From Catajapyx aquilonaris (Eukaryota), in assembly GCA_000934665.2 (NCBI GenBank), contig KZ538048.1:1-64000 (forward strand): a DNA stretch of 64,000 nucleotides, in the 5' to 3' direction. A program made the translations under genes and the position numbers. Shown here in pieces: positions 10,448 to 23,100 of this stretch. The first letter of the stretch is position 1, and each line of letters begins with the position of its first letter. Under the pieces are notes generated by a model. It had not been told where the DNA came from. It ran no database searches and worked only from the letters and a program-made list of their open reading frames with translations.

Positions 10448-10557
10448 TGCAAATTTTGAAGGTTTATGTTCTCTGGGAATGCTTGTGGGCTTGAAATTGC
10501 ATGGAACCCCTGAATTGTTCAAATCCAGCTGACATGCAATTATGATACGGCTGTACC

Positions 10558-10660
10558 CAGGGCCGGAGAGAGAGAGAGAGGGGGGGGGGTCTGTATTCGA
10601 GCGAAGGGGGCCCAAATCTTTGCCATCCCTGGGGCCCGGCTAGACCTCTCTCCGGCCCTG
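10558..10660. mobile_element. hAT-type MITE (103 bp)
   Basis: Perfect 15-bp TIR CAGGGCCGGAGAGAG; perfect 8-bp TSD GCTGTACC at 10550-10557 and 10661-10668. Confidence 0.9.
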
Positions 10661-13254
10661 GCTGTACCCATACCTACCCTACCCATCCATACCTTCTTTA
10701 TGAAGTATCCCTTTAAGCTCACCCAAGGCATGGTGAATGAACCGTAGGACAGGAGATGAAGTCATTTCCTGGCAGGAAACCTTGCACAACATGAACAATG
10801 AATACCACTGACAGAAACAACCACGCAAACAATGCCACCTAGTAATAGTACTAAAGAATGTCCAGCATTATCTATAAGGATGGAGAAAATGTGTATGAAA
10901 ATCCTGTAAACAACCACTGTAATAAAGAATGCTTGAATATGGAAGGTTTTTATAACTCAGAAATCATCCAGGCATTAATATATTGCGAACTTTTATTCCA
11001 ATCTATTTTCTATAGCACAATCACTTGTAGCCATCCGTCTTTGTTTTTTAATATTATTTTTCAATGACAATGTGATATATTTTCAAAAACACTGCATCAG
11101 GCCTGCGTAAAACCAATAGTACCACGTTTCTTTTTGTTCAGCCAATACGCAATACAACAGCGGAACCTCAAGGCAACCATATTTGACGGATTATGTGTAT
11201 GTCTGCAGCATCTTCTCTCTCATTGGCAGCACATGTCATTGTTAGCTGTTGGGTTTCTTCATGGCTCAGTAAAAAAAAAGGAGGTTCAAAATGAACTACG
11301 ATATGCTGACCAAAACTTGTTCAAAACGTGACAAATTCAGAGATTCACACTTTCTACAGTATAGCCTGTAGGTTTCAAGCAAACAGGACACCATATGCAC
11401 TGTACTGTACATGGTAACAGCATTACAAGTAAATTAAATTGCCACATAACACACTTTTTCACACATGCGCACATTTGACTTATTTTTTCTCCTCGACTGT
11501 GTGCAGGGCGAGTGACTGATCAGTGGTCAAGACCTCGCCAAATAGCGTTGAGGAGACTGAAAGTTTTCTGGTACTGGTACCAGTGATGTCAAATAACTTA
11601 AAGCTCAACTACGCTGGCGAAACTTGACTACCGCTTTTGCAACTGAGGGTTCCGAGATCTCTTAGAACAGCCAAACGAATGGTGAGAAATTGTTGACTTG
11701 TTCCATACAATACATAAAAAATAATGAACAACTTTCATCTGATGGCTAGATGCAACTGAATGACAGGAAGAACAACACTCATTTCGGAACAAAAATACAT
11801 AATTATGCATTTTACATAAATGCACCCACACTTTTTCTCGCACATTCATTCATGTCCACTCTACATGCATCATAGTAAAGACAAACAGACATAACAAACT
11901 ATGGAATTCAATCACTCAACCTCCCATCTGGCCTTATCCTTTCTCTTGTTCAGTTGAGAAGATGGAGGGAGCTTCATTCCGGCGGTGTGCAAGAAAACCG
12001 CTATAACTATATTTACAGCTCAAGCAGTTACGTTCATTTTTCAATCGTGTTTTACGTTGTGTGGAAGATTACGTGGACTTTCATTTTAAATAACATTATT
12101 ACCAATTATGGGTACAGGAACACCCTCTTTTCATTATGTACAACTTGTACTCCACATCGAAGATTCCAAACCTTGGTTGCTCTTGTACATAATATTCGTG
12201 ACACATTCTATTTACAAGCACCACCCTTTAGTTACACGACTGTGTCGGGCTAAAACTCCTGGATGTTTTGGCTCGCATTCATCCTAACAAATTACTTCAC
12301 TCTTGTTGCTTCCCTGGTACCTGGGACACCACCTTCTTACATTTCTGTAGTTAGAGGTTTAAAATTTGGGACTGCTTTCCTTTAATCAGGGAACGGGTCG
12401 CGCTATGCAAACACGGAAACTCCGGGCTCATCTATCCACAAAAAAAATCTAACATAACATCACCTAACCTCCTTCACTCATAATCTAAGGATGCTACATG
12501 CCAAGTTTGAGCGCTATCCGATAAATAGAAGCCAAGAGAGAGCAAGTGCCCCTCCACATATGGCCACTCCCCTGCCTCCCCCATGACTACTGGAAAGAAG
12601 TACCAAAATTGTTGCACATTTGGAAGCTTGAGACATTCCAAACAGCTGCTCCACATAATAAGCATTAGAAACACCCAACTGTTGCCAACACACACTGAAT
12701 AAAAAGTCCTTGAGTGACGAGAGAAGCAACATATGCAAAGGCACAAACTCCAAATTCTTGCTATGTTTCCAATGCAGCTACACACTGCCACCCAACAGCA
12801 TCCACTTTCAGCCTGAGATTGTACATTTCCCTGACGTTGCTCGTAGCACTCTATAGCCTCGGTTCCTTTTTTTGCTTTTACTCTTTTTTTGATTGATAAA
12901 AGAAGTTAAAACCAGTACAAATGTAAAACACGGTCTCGCTCATATTCAAGGTTAAAAATGTCCGCCAACCACACCATGTAGAAATTTGCTACTGTGACAT
13001 TTAACAGTGAGAGTGACTAAAAGTCATATAATTTTGTCACCACTCCAACTGGACCTAATGTGTTTCCAAAAAAATGCAAATTACAACCACTTCATTCCTG
13101 CAAGCCTTGTTTAACTCTGAGGGGAAACATGTAGATCTTAACTCTCTCTCATCTTCAAAGATTTCTCTCCTGACCTGTCAGAGAAGGAGATTAGTGACAT
13201 TTTCAGAAGATGCCAAATTGAAGTAAGAAAGCTATGGACCTACCTGAAAACTAG

Positions 13255-13364
13255 TTATAGGAAGAGAAGGGATAAACTGCCGACAACAATCACAGCCATC
13301 ACATTCTGTCCTCTCAAAGTGCTCTCTGCACCATTAGGCTGCATATTTGCACTGTTGGCTTCTG
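13255..13364 (-). CDS. IgSF last coding exon, GPI-anchor-signal-like tail
   Basis: tcttttttctcaacag|CAG (NAGNAG acceptor), phase 1; EANSANMQPNGAESTLRGQNVMAVIVVGSLSLLFL* ends in a hydrophobic stretch. Confidence 0.8.
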
Positions 13365-16300
13365 CTGTTGAGAAAAAAGAGGGAACTTTGCAATCACGTT
13401 GAGTCGGCTGATCAACATCTCCTAGGCTGATCAACATCTCCTAATTTTTACTTTCAGGAATGTGGTTGTAACAAACAGAAAAAAATAGAAATGTGCTTAT
13501 TAGTAAAGGACCTCTTTTGTAATGCATCTGCAGAACAATTAGAAGCAACAGAACCTGCTAGCATATTGATTAGGGCAGGTATTTTAAGATGCAACTCATC
13601 TGCAAAAAAAAACAACTGATGATCAAGTTATCCAAGTGACCAAGTCCCTTCAAAATATTCTAGGAATCTATGGCATCCACTCACTTTTTCTCAAGTTATT
13701 TGTGTGCAATAAAATAACATTTGCTTTCTTTGTGTCCATGACAATACTTAGGTTTATATCTCGTAACATGAACTGCACCAGTTGTGCTTTCTCAAATCTT
13801 GGGTCTTGGGTACATTGACTTCTTGACCATCATGACAAGCAGCAATGCTGTCCCATCTAACATTTCATATAGCCGAGTCCACTGCTTGGTACTACACTAG
13901 TCACACACCACACATCCAATGCATATTGGAGATGTCATTCCAGATATATAATACACAACCAATCATTTATCGCAGCAAGCAACAATACCATCAAGGAACA
14001 ATTACTGATCATTTTAGCAACCAGCAAAACCAAAGGGAGAAAATACCACCTTAGCCAACCAAGACAATTAAAAATAAGGAGAAACAGCAGGAAGGAACTA
14101 GAAGAATGAACAGAAACCAACCTGCCATCCCGCGTTCGGGTGCAGCTTCTGCTGACTGATAATCTAGAGTGAAAAAGCAATAAAGGCTTAGTGGTGGTGA
14201 AAAAAAGTCTACAAATGAAAACCACACTCAGAAAAGGACATGTACTCTGCCAAACGTTCTCCACAAATCTGCTCATGCACTGACCAGATTGGCATCTCTG
14301 TAATGAGGTTAACCCAAGTGTAAAGGATCCTCATGACAACATCTAAACCTCATCTGTGGTAGGTAGTACACAATAACTCTGGACCTGTCAGTCATTCTAG
14401 CAGGAGATAAGCATGTAGCATGATAGCATGGTAGCATGGGGTTTAGGTGTTTAATATCATTCTGTGCTGCTGATAGATTTTGAAATGGGAGAACCCGGGA
14501 GAACCCCAAGGAAACACATTTATGCAAACCCGGACTGAACCCATAGAAATTCTTTCCGCTAGTGGAAAGAATTTCTATGTATTATGTTGAATGTAAGCAT
14601 TCAGTCAACTATTCAGGCCCTAAATTTTTATGAATTTCTATGACAAAGATGAGATATTTGATAATGACAACTCTTGACCCCACTGGCACCTATGCTCAAT
14701 GGAGAGATTAAATTTAACAAGGCTAGACTCTTCTGCATTGATTTAAAGAATGGACCCATATAACCTAATTATTATTAGCGGCTAAATATTTTCTAGTGTC
14801 TCCATGGAAGCACATCTCAAATGCATCTCAGTGTCAGTTGTGTTTCCTGTCATGGTGTAAACACACCGAATTGATATGTATCTAATGTCAACGTGTTAAA
14901 TAGTATTTAAATTGTTAATATTTATACGTATTATGGGAATTGACTGTGTCAGTGTCCTGTGCATTTTTCAAAGCTAATATTTGCTGTAACTGCAAGGAGT
15001 GTTCATACTTATGTTTTGTGAGTGAAATAAAATTCTGTGATTTTCACAAATTAATATTGACAATATAATTTGGGTGCCTATGGGATGCTGATGGGAAATG
15101 TTCTAAGAACTCTGTACTGCCTCACATATTCTTTGGATAATTATTTGAAACAGGAATAGAAAGGGTGCACCATGACAAGTGTGACAACTGCCACCTTAAT
15201 ATAGTCACCTGGCCTCTTCACCCATGTTTGCACTGCACAACAAAATTCTGTGCAAAACAGGAAATGACAACCCATATTACATTCAAAACCAACAAAAGAA
15301 ACAATAAAAGCTGGTAGCAGTTCCAAGATCGAGCAAAACATGTAATAACATTGTGTCATTCACAAAGCAACATGCTTGACAATGCATATAGTGTCTTCCA
15401 ATTTGGAAACTCACCCCTTCCATTAGTGTAGATCTTCTTAGTGTCTGAGGCAACTGACATTCCATACTGGTTCTCAGCTAGCACAATGACCTCATACTCT
15501 GTGCCCTGGTTCAGATCCTTGAGAGTGCTGCTTCCACTGTACTTGGTCTCGGCAGCAGATACTTTGTCCACCTTCACAGTTTTCCAGTCAGAGCCTCCCT
15601 GTAACGCCAAAGCGTCATAATTAATTCTGCCAAACTGGTGTGCCTTCTTGTCTATTTACCTGGAACTTTCGATATTTGACCTCAAACCCGGAGACTGGTG
15701 ACAAGCTTTGCACTGACCAGGCCACATAGTAGCTCTTCATGTCATCTCCTGGATTTGTTTCATCAATGACAGGCTTTTTTGGTGCTCCTATTGCAAAAAT
15801 TACCATAATAATAATGTGCACACAAGCATTGGCCCCATGACATTTTTTAAAACAATACCTGAGAATTCGATAACACCAACACTTTGACCCAAAGAGTTAT
15901 TGGCATGGCAGGTGTAGGTTCCAAAATCACTTTTTTGAACATTCTTCATGTTGACAGTGTATGATCTGCCATCATGTTCAAGTCTGTAGATCTGCTGGTT
16001 GATAGGCTTGTGATTCTTCAGCCAGTACACCTAAATGAAAGATTCAATGTGAGTGCGAACATTTAAACATATACATTATTCCTTTGTTATAAAAGAAAGT
16101 CAATCAACTCTCAATAAATTGGTAGTTACTAGTTAGACATCAACTGACAAAGCAATTCACATTCAATTGATGGCAATAATTGAGTCAGTTCAGGTCAATT
16201 GGTATCAGTCTTAATTTTAAAGGAAAAATGCCCACTGGAACCACTTACAGTTAGTCATATAGTACCTCAAGTTATTCATAAATCGAGGAATTAATTACAT

Positions 16301-19300
16301 TGCAATACACAATATACCAGGTGTTTCACAATTTTACTCGAATTTGTATAGGCCTCAAACCCCCCCCCCCNCCCCCCCCCCCCCACCCCCAAGTCCCATT
16401 GCTGCTCTGTGGAGGGCAGTGCAGTGTAAGGAAAAGAGAGGGAGCTGCACGAGATATGCATTCAGTTCCTCTTGTTGGCTCATATTTGCCAGGAGCACTC
16501 AGGATTGGTAGTACCAATTATTAAAGCAAGCACCCATGATATTTAAATTTATATTGATGTGAGTTAATTATGAAACACAGTAGCCTATACAGTAAAACTT
16601 GTGTATACTAGAGTCTGACTAGAGTTAAACTATTTCAAGAAAATTTTATATAACGTACTGAAGAGGTTTCTGCTCGTTATAATTGAAATAGAGTATATTG
16701 TAATAATCCTCTGCCAGCTAGTGTGTAATACTGTAAGAGTAGCCTAATATATACATATCAATTTATGACTTGGAGCCAAGCATCAATGGTATGCAGATTT
16801 TCCAGTTTATGATGTGTTTCTTTGGACCTCCTGTATTTTCATTTGTGACTGATAATACTCATACACTTGGCCATCAAAATATTCTACAATAGAAAGTTCA
16901 AGATTTGCTAAATCCAGGACCCGCTACAAACAGGCATTTTACTGTATGGCAGCTGACAAAACAATAGTGGCAATACTGCCCTGTTGACATACCGTAAATA
17001 AATCACATATTCACCAATCATGTACAAAATTTGAAAGTACGGTGATCATGCAACCAATGAAAACCACATTTAAAAAGTAATGGAGCATTAGCAGGTACTG
17101 CATCGAGACAGTCCTGACCCACCTTTGGTCTAGGCTCTCCATGAACGGTGCATCGCAGATGCACATCATCTCCCACGTTCTTGTGGACAGTCTCCTCGTG
17201 GGTGTCTATCTCAGGTGGAACTGTATCAAAAGGAACGTGATTAATACACAGTACCTAAAACATCCAAAAGATGGCCTGTGCAGGTGCAAGACTACCGCGC
17301 CCCTTGAAATCACTCCACTAACTACCATTCCAAATAATTTCGCGCGCACCAGACAAATTGCGGTAATCATCGCAATGTTTCCATTCAAGATGGTAGTACT
17401 CACACAAAACTTTGAGCTCAAAGGTGACCGAAGCTGGTTGTCCCCTGCCATTGTCGGCCACACATTCATAGAAGCCGCTCTGCATGCGAGTCACCTCGTC
17501 GAAGATGATCTCCTTGCCCTGAGTTGGCTGGAAGTGCTTGTCGCCATGCTTGCCCTGGAAGATAATGAGGAAAGTCAATCGCCACGTTCAACTGGAATCA
17601 GCACGTTCCGTGGAGAATTCAAAGGCGTGAAATTTAAAACCGGATGGATGGGTGTGACGACTGGATGAATTTTCTGAAAAAAAGAGATGGGTAGGGGGGG
17701 GGGGGGGGAACCTTGAGCTTACAGTTTAATCATGTGGGGGAGGAACAATTTTTGCAAATCCTCTTTGGCCCATGTTCCAAATTACTCTCCTTCAACGGGG
17801 AAGCCAAACTGATTGCTGATTCACACAGATTGGGTACGTTGCCCGGCCCAACTGCACCTAATCATCCCAACGGAAAGACCATTCGCGGGTGATTGGGTCC
17901 ACACAAGGGGATTCCAAAGGGAGGGTGGGAGAGAGAGAGAGTGAGGGGGTCTTTGGAACCATCGGTGTTGTCCTTCTCGAGGTCACTGTTTACCGTTGCT
18001 CAGTTGCCAGTTTCCCTCCAACCCAGTAGCTTTGTTGTTGCCAGCGACCGATAATGAGTTCATACACAGTGACTGACCTTTCGAGTCCAAGTGATGGTTG
18101 GAGTTGGGTAACCAGTGGCGTTGCATAACAATGTGGCTGGATTTCCCTTGAGCGCCTCGATGGTAGTTGAAGCGTACTGGATTATTGGAGGACCTGCAAA
18201 AGCGAGCCTTGTACTAAAAAAATATTGAGCACAACTAGAGGGTGGTCATTATTACACCAGCTATAAAACAGTTACTCCGCCTTTTTTGCTACCAAGGCTC
18301 CGCTATCGATGTCCAGTACACAGTCGTAGCTAGAGCAACTCTGGTCGTGTTTGCCGGTACTTTGCATACTCGGACAACATTACCCGGCTGGAGTGGGCTA
18401 GGCAGCTTCACAACACGGAATGCTACTGTGAGAAATGGGCCGTGAAGCACGTTATTTTGGTCAGCAGACTTCCTCTCTAGGGAGAGGACACGACTCAGAG
18501 ACGCAAACTTTGTGGCCCATAGCAGATAGCTAATATTCATTTCTTGCCTTCGAGCAATGTCGCTAATTAGTAGAAACGGCTGCATTTTCCTGGAGAAACC
18601 TAGCTCCCAGACGAAAATTTTGTTGAGGCTTGCAAGTAGTGCAGCAACTTGGACCCCCCCGACCCGAACCCGTCGGCAGTCAAGTGTTCAAACATCTTCA
18701 CATCAAACATATTATCGTGTTGACTCTGGTGGCAGCAGTTGACGCAAGTTCTCTCTTGATAACATTAGAAACTGGCGCAAGCTATGTTTCCCGTCTGCTT
18801 GTCTGTATTTGCGACAAACTTGGACCCCCCCAAAAGTTGTCCGGAACAATCATCTCTCAATTTTCGAACTTGATTTTTCTCCTCTTCCCAACTTTTGGCG
18901 GCCATTTTTGTGGGTCGGAAGGTTAATCCCCAGTGTGGGTAAATCCCATTTTCTCATTAAACTTATCTTCTTTTTTTTCTATCCGGCTCTTCGAATCGAT
19001 AAATAAGCGTCAGAGGGCCAGCGCGTTTTCGGATCGTTAACCTATTAACGACCAATGTCCTAAGGCACTTGATCTTTCCTACGGCGAATCCCATTATCTG
19101 AATCAAATGGCAGAGGGCAATCGTGATTTCCAGTGCGCCGGAATTAAACCGCAGCTTTTACTGACACGATTCCAGTTAGATATGGCGTTAATGGCGAGGT
19201 CAGGAACCGTTCATTCCAGTCCAGACGAAATTAGACAGATTCGGACTGCTAGTTTCGCGACATTTTTTATTATGATTCCCACCGAGAGCCAGGTTCGTCA

Positions 19301-20123
19301 CGGCAATTAACCCGATTTTTAATCAAAAATTACGCACTCTCTGGGAGGTTTTTTTTTACAGCTTTTTCCCTTCAGGTTTTTATCTAGCTCAACTCTGCCA
19401 ATCACAGGATGAATACATTGGTCGTAACATCGACAACTTCAAAAGTTCTTTGCTCTAACCCTAGGGACCTTTTTGGAGCTTGGAGCTTGAAACTTACCGT
19501 AGACTGTCACACTGTGGACCAAATGGATGGGAGGCACCACAGCGATCTCGCAGACGTAGTTGCCAGCGTCACTCACACTCGCGTTCACAATTGTCAAGGA
19601 TGTCATGTTCTTGTCCACCGACACTCTGTTGTCACTCGTTGTGATGCTGGTGCCGACTGCCAATAGGGATGTGCCCTTCTTCCACATGACAATCAGGTTC
19701 TCTGTCATAAAAATACTTCATTACTAGTACTGTACAGAATGGCGGGCTGGACTCAAAAATATTTAAAAATTTAGTTGAACCAAAATTGTGTGTCTTGAAA
19801 CACTTGCATATCCGATATGCAAGTGTTTGAAGACACATGGCATGCCAAAATTGTAGTTAATGTTTGACCTAAAATTGGGTCCAACCTAACTACAATTTTG
19901 GATGAAATAACAGTTGCGTTCAACCTGATAGGTTGTCTTTTCAGTGTGGTATGGTCAAAAAGTGACTTACGTAGATTTTCACCCTCGCATGGCAGTTGGA
20001 TGGTTTCCCCTGCGGTGACATTCCGGTTGAGGGGTTTGCTAAAGAGCTTCGGCTGCAAGACGTTCTCGTCCTCACTCTCGTCGTAGTTGTTGTCGCTGTC
20101 GTCCTGGAAGTCGTCGTTGCAGT
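13255..20123 (-). CDS. Ig-superfamily cell adhesion protein (3 Ig + FN3 + probable GPI signal; Klingon/Wrapper/Lachesin-like), 5' incomplete: join(20123-19971,19701-19498,18193-18078,17554-17404,17220-17123,16030-15859,15787-15660,15598-15415,14163-14122,13364-13255)
   Basis: Ig motifs LPC..W..DAGNYVC, LLC..W..QSGFYEC and LRC..W..DFGTYTC; FN3 W..V.Y..LNQGTEYEV; hydrophobic C-terminus. All introns are GT-AG with matching phases; about 452 aa without the signal exon. Confidence 0.92.
13406..13443. repeat. Perfect 19-bp tandem duplication
   Basis: GGCTGATCAACATCTCCTA x2. Confidence 0.9.
14122..14163 (-). CDS. IgSF 42-nt symmetric (phase 1-1) stalk microexon
   Basis: ttgctttttcactctag|AT ... 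GCAG|gttggt; open frame DYQSAEAAPERGMA. Confidence 0.65.
14542..14579. repeat. 38-bp palindrome, probably a minimal MITE derivative
   Basis: CATAGAAATTCTTTCC-gctagt-GGAAAGAATTTCTATG; perfect 16-bp arms. Confidence 0.75.
15415..15598 (-). CDS. IgSF exon: second half of FN3
   Basis: ttacag|GGA ... G|gtgagt; W...LKDLNQGTEYEVIVLAENQYGMS. Confidence 0.9.
15660..15787 (-). CDS. IgSF exon: first half of FN3
   Basis: aatag|GA ... CAG|gtaaat; GAPKKPVI...YYVAWSVQSLSPVSGFEVKYRKFQ. Confidence 0.9.
15859..16030 (-). CDS. IgSF exon: second half of Ig3
   Basis: tttag|GTG ... G|gtattg; VYWLKN...VQKSDFGTYTCHANNSLG. Confidence 0.92.
16590..16944. mobile_element. Degenerate pogo/Tigger-like MITE
   Basis: TA|CAGTAAAA ... 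TTTTACTG|TA; only 8 bp of inverted identity inside the TA. Confidence 0.3.
17123..17220 (-). CDS. IgSF exon: first half of Ig3 (absent from the ORF track)
   Basis: atacag|TT ... AAG|gtgggt; FPPEIDTHEETVHKNVGDDVHLRCTVHGEPRPK. Confidence 0.92.
17404..17554 (-). CDS. IgSF exon: second half of Ig2
   Basis: ttccag|GGC ... T|gtgagt; IIFDEVTRMQSGFYECVADNG. Confidence 0.92.
18078..18193 (-). CDS. IgSF exon: first half of Ig2 (absent from the ORF track)
   Basis: ttttgcag|GT ... AAG|gtcagt; PPIIQYASTTIEALKGNPATLLCNATGYPTPTITWTRK. Confidence 0.92.
19498..19701 (-). CDS. IgSF exon: second half of Ig1
   Basis: gacag|AG ... G|gtaagt; VMWKKG...SLTIVNASVSDAGNYVC. Confidence 0.92.
19971..20123 (-). CDS. 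IgSF exon: acidic N-terminal tract + first half of Ig1
   Basis: ttcacag|AC ... C|gtaagt; CNDDFQDDSDNNYDESEDENVLQPKLFSKPLNRNVTAGETIQLPCEGENL. Confidence 0.9.
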
Positions 20124-23100
20124 CTGTGAAAGGGCAAAAAAGTTCGGGCGTCATTTTTAGACCGGTATAATGTGATGAAATATCCGGCTCCGGTCCGGGA
20201 GAGGTTTATAACCGCGGCGAGTTAGAGTTTCTGTTATTGCACCACAGTGGCCTGTACATTGCGACATTAATCCGTTCTGCGAAAGACATCTGCCGGATTT
20301 ACCACCATTAAGATTAATTCGCCGGGACCTCCCGCAAAAAAAAAACTCAGGCTGAAACAAAACCCGTATTTCACGGAAGAGGTTATGTCACACTGCCACT
20401 TGCCAGCATCTGCGGAATCGCTCGCAAAAAAAAAAAAAAAAAATACAGCGAGCTCGAAAAAAGTGACGGGGATTCTCCAGTACGTCCCCATCTGTCACGA
20501 GCATTCCTGCATCCGACAATTTGTCTTACCCCCCTGGTCCTCCCAGCCTCCCATCTGACGGAGCTCAATGAAATTAAGGCATCTCGCGCGTTCATCGTAC
20601 CAAGAAGAACAGGGGGGGAGTCCGTTTCCTTGGACCCCCGAGACGATCATAAATCAGCCTAAAATTTAAGCCCCAGAGGCATTATCTTCATTGGACACAC
20701 TATTCTTCTCCCACGTGTCGCGTTAGCAGCCAACAAATACAGTACGAAATGGGCTTTAGCGACACCTGTGCTACGGATAATTCATCCCTAGGTCTCAGTT
20801 CAAAGCGTTCAACTTGATCTTTCTAGGGCTATTGTTACCAGCCCGGATAATTCATTGGCCCTGCGGATGGCGAGACAACAAAATGGTGCATGTGGCCAGC
20901 CATTACCCGTACCCGCCGACTCTTAATTAGTAATTCTCTGGCGACGCCTTATCGACACCAGCAAAAAGTAGGCCAACTGCCCTTTTATTGGCATTATCAA
21001 CAGACGCCTATTATTGTACGTATATCTTGGGGCGTCAGAGAGGACAATGATGGCCATTATTGATGCGGATGGATCTGACACGTGTTGGCAATGCCACCTA
21101 TGGATGGCGTCGAATGCACCTTTTGCAGTCGGAAAAGTGGCACATGTCCAAGCTTTCTTGTCGTCTGCAGGAAGAATGGAAATAGATGACTCGGTAAATG
21201 GCCCGCTGATGTAAAGATAGATCGTTGCAGGTCAGTCACATTCGCGTGTTGGCAGTCAGGCACTGTTAACGTTTCAATCTCTGGCCGGAATTTCCAGAAA
21301 GAATTTTTCTTTCCACAGGGAGGGTTAGGTGCGGATACCAGAATTCCACCCGTCAACTTTTGGTCACTAATTGCTTTAATAACTGCAGACACTATACTTT
21401 CGGGGTCTGTGTCTCTGGACCATTCCCGACTTGCCAGGCCCCACAAGAAGTGGCATCTGCAGCAGAAGGAAGGGTTAGGGAAGGGGACAAAAAAAAAATT
21501 GGGGAGAAAAAAAAGGAGATAAGGAGAACAGAGCGGTCCACTGCAAGGGGTGGGGGGGAAAAAAGTAGAAAGCAGGTTCCTAATAAACGGTCCTTTGATA
21601 AGCTCATTCACGTACTTTTTGGTCGAGTGGGAATAAAAATAATTCGTCTTCAGCCTTGTTCGTGGAGAAAATGGCTCATTGCATCTGCTTTTTTTTTTGG
21701 AGTTCGTGATAAGGTCCTTGACAATGTGAATTACAGCCTGGCGTCTAATCGCTTACCCTACTTTTTGGAACAATATTTGGTACACATATTTTTGACTCCA
21801 TTTCCTTCAAGCCCTCCAGCACTGACACTTTAATTATTTGGCTGAATCAGTAGAATGAAACCTATTCACAGTTGAAGACAAGCGAGAAAAGACGGTGGCT
21901 CCCTCTTTAAAAAAAAAAGTCAACGCCATTTCCAAAACCCGACTCCGGGGATTGCAATTAGGTTCCTTCTGCTTCAGAACGACATTGGCCGGACAAAGAT
22001 CCCGGACCCTGATGGAGACACAGCTCGAATCCGTAGATTTTCACGAGAGGTCACTCTGAGGTTCATTTCGTCTAACCCTTTTCCGCCAGTAATCTTCTGG
22101 CAGACGGCTGCAAAAAAGCTGAAAGAATATAGGGAAAAAGCATAGAACAAATTGGGTGTAGGGCAGGACGTCCTTGGCATCTGATTTGACTGCTTGATTA
22201 TCTCCACGAGGACAAAAGAGCAGGGAACGTGACAAAGAAAGTTTATGGCCACGGATCATAAAACGGACAGTGCTTTTTCGTGGTCAATGCCAAGGCAGGG
22301 GAGCAGGGAACTTGGTGACCTTTGCCTAATCGAAAGTTGCGTGATGACATCCCTACCAGACATAAGCAGTGATGACTCAGTCTCCCAAGTATTTTGTATC
22401 CTAATAGGATGCAACCCACCACACAGGTTTTATGCATGTAGTGTTGAGAGCTGTTTACACGGTTCCCAACCACGCGACACGTGAAAAGTACGTGGGGGCA
22501 GGGTCGTGCATGCGAACCATTTGAATGAATCGGGCCAGGACAAAAGATGTATTAACGCTGTTGGATCAATCGATATCTACAGAAAAAAAAAGAGATTACG
22601 GCTGACGAATCAAAACGGGTGGGCGACTGTGAACAAGTTGGAATAATGATGGTGCGGTACCACCCTTTAAAAAAAATGGAGGTTCGTGTCATATGCAGAG
22701 GTCATTTTTCATTAGCGAGACAGCTTGAACATGGGGTTGTGAGAGTCTTGTGTCAAAGGGCAAAGAACTGAATTTCCGTTGAGGTTGGAAGCACAGGCGC
22801 GGAGGCAATTGAACTCCCGCGTCCTTTCATTACATTCCATCAAGCCGCCAATTTTGTGCGTGAAGAGGGAATGAGGCGAAAGAGCGGGTTTGGGTTATGT
22901 GATAGGGTGGAATCGAAGTATTTTTTTTAGGGAACCCCCCCCCCCTCTCTCTCTCTCTAAATTTCCCCCGTTGCATACACAGTTGCGGGTAAATTGATAA
23001 AACCAACCTCAACTAACGACATGACGAGCTGGCCAAAAGCGGGCATACACGGATGGGTACCGAGCTTCCATATGTGACCCCTCACCTCTTTTGGGAGTAT

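Noticed and set aside
14349..14385. AG/GT-bounded segment as an alternative IgSF exon
   Set aside because: Weak polypyrimidine tract and an in-frame stop; no support.
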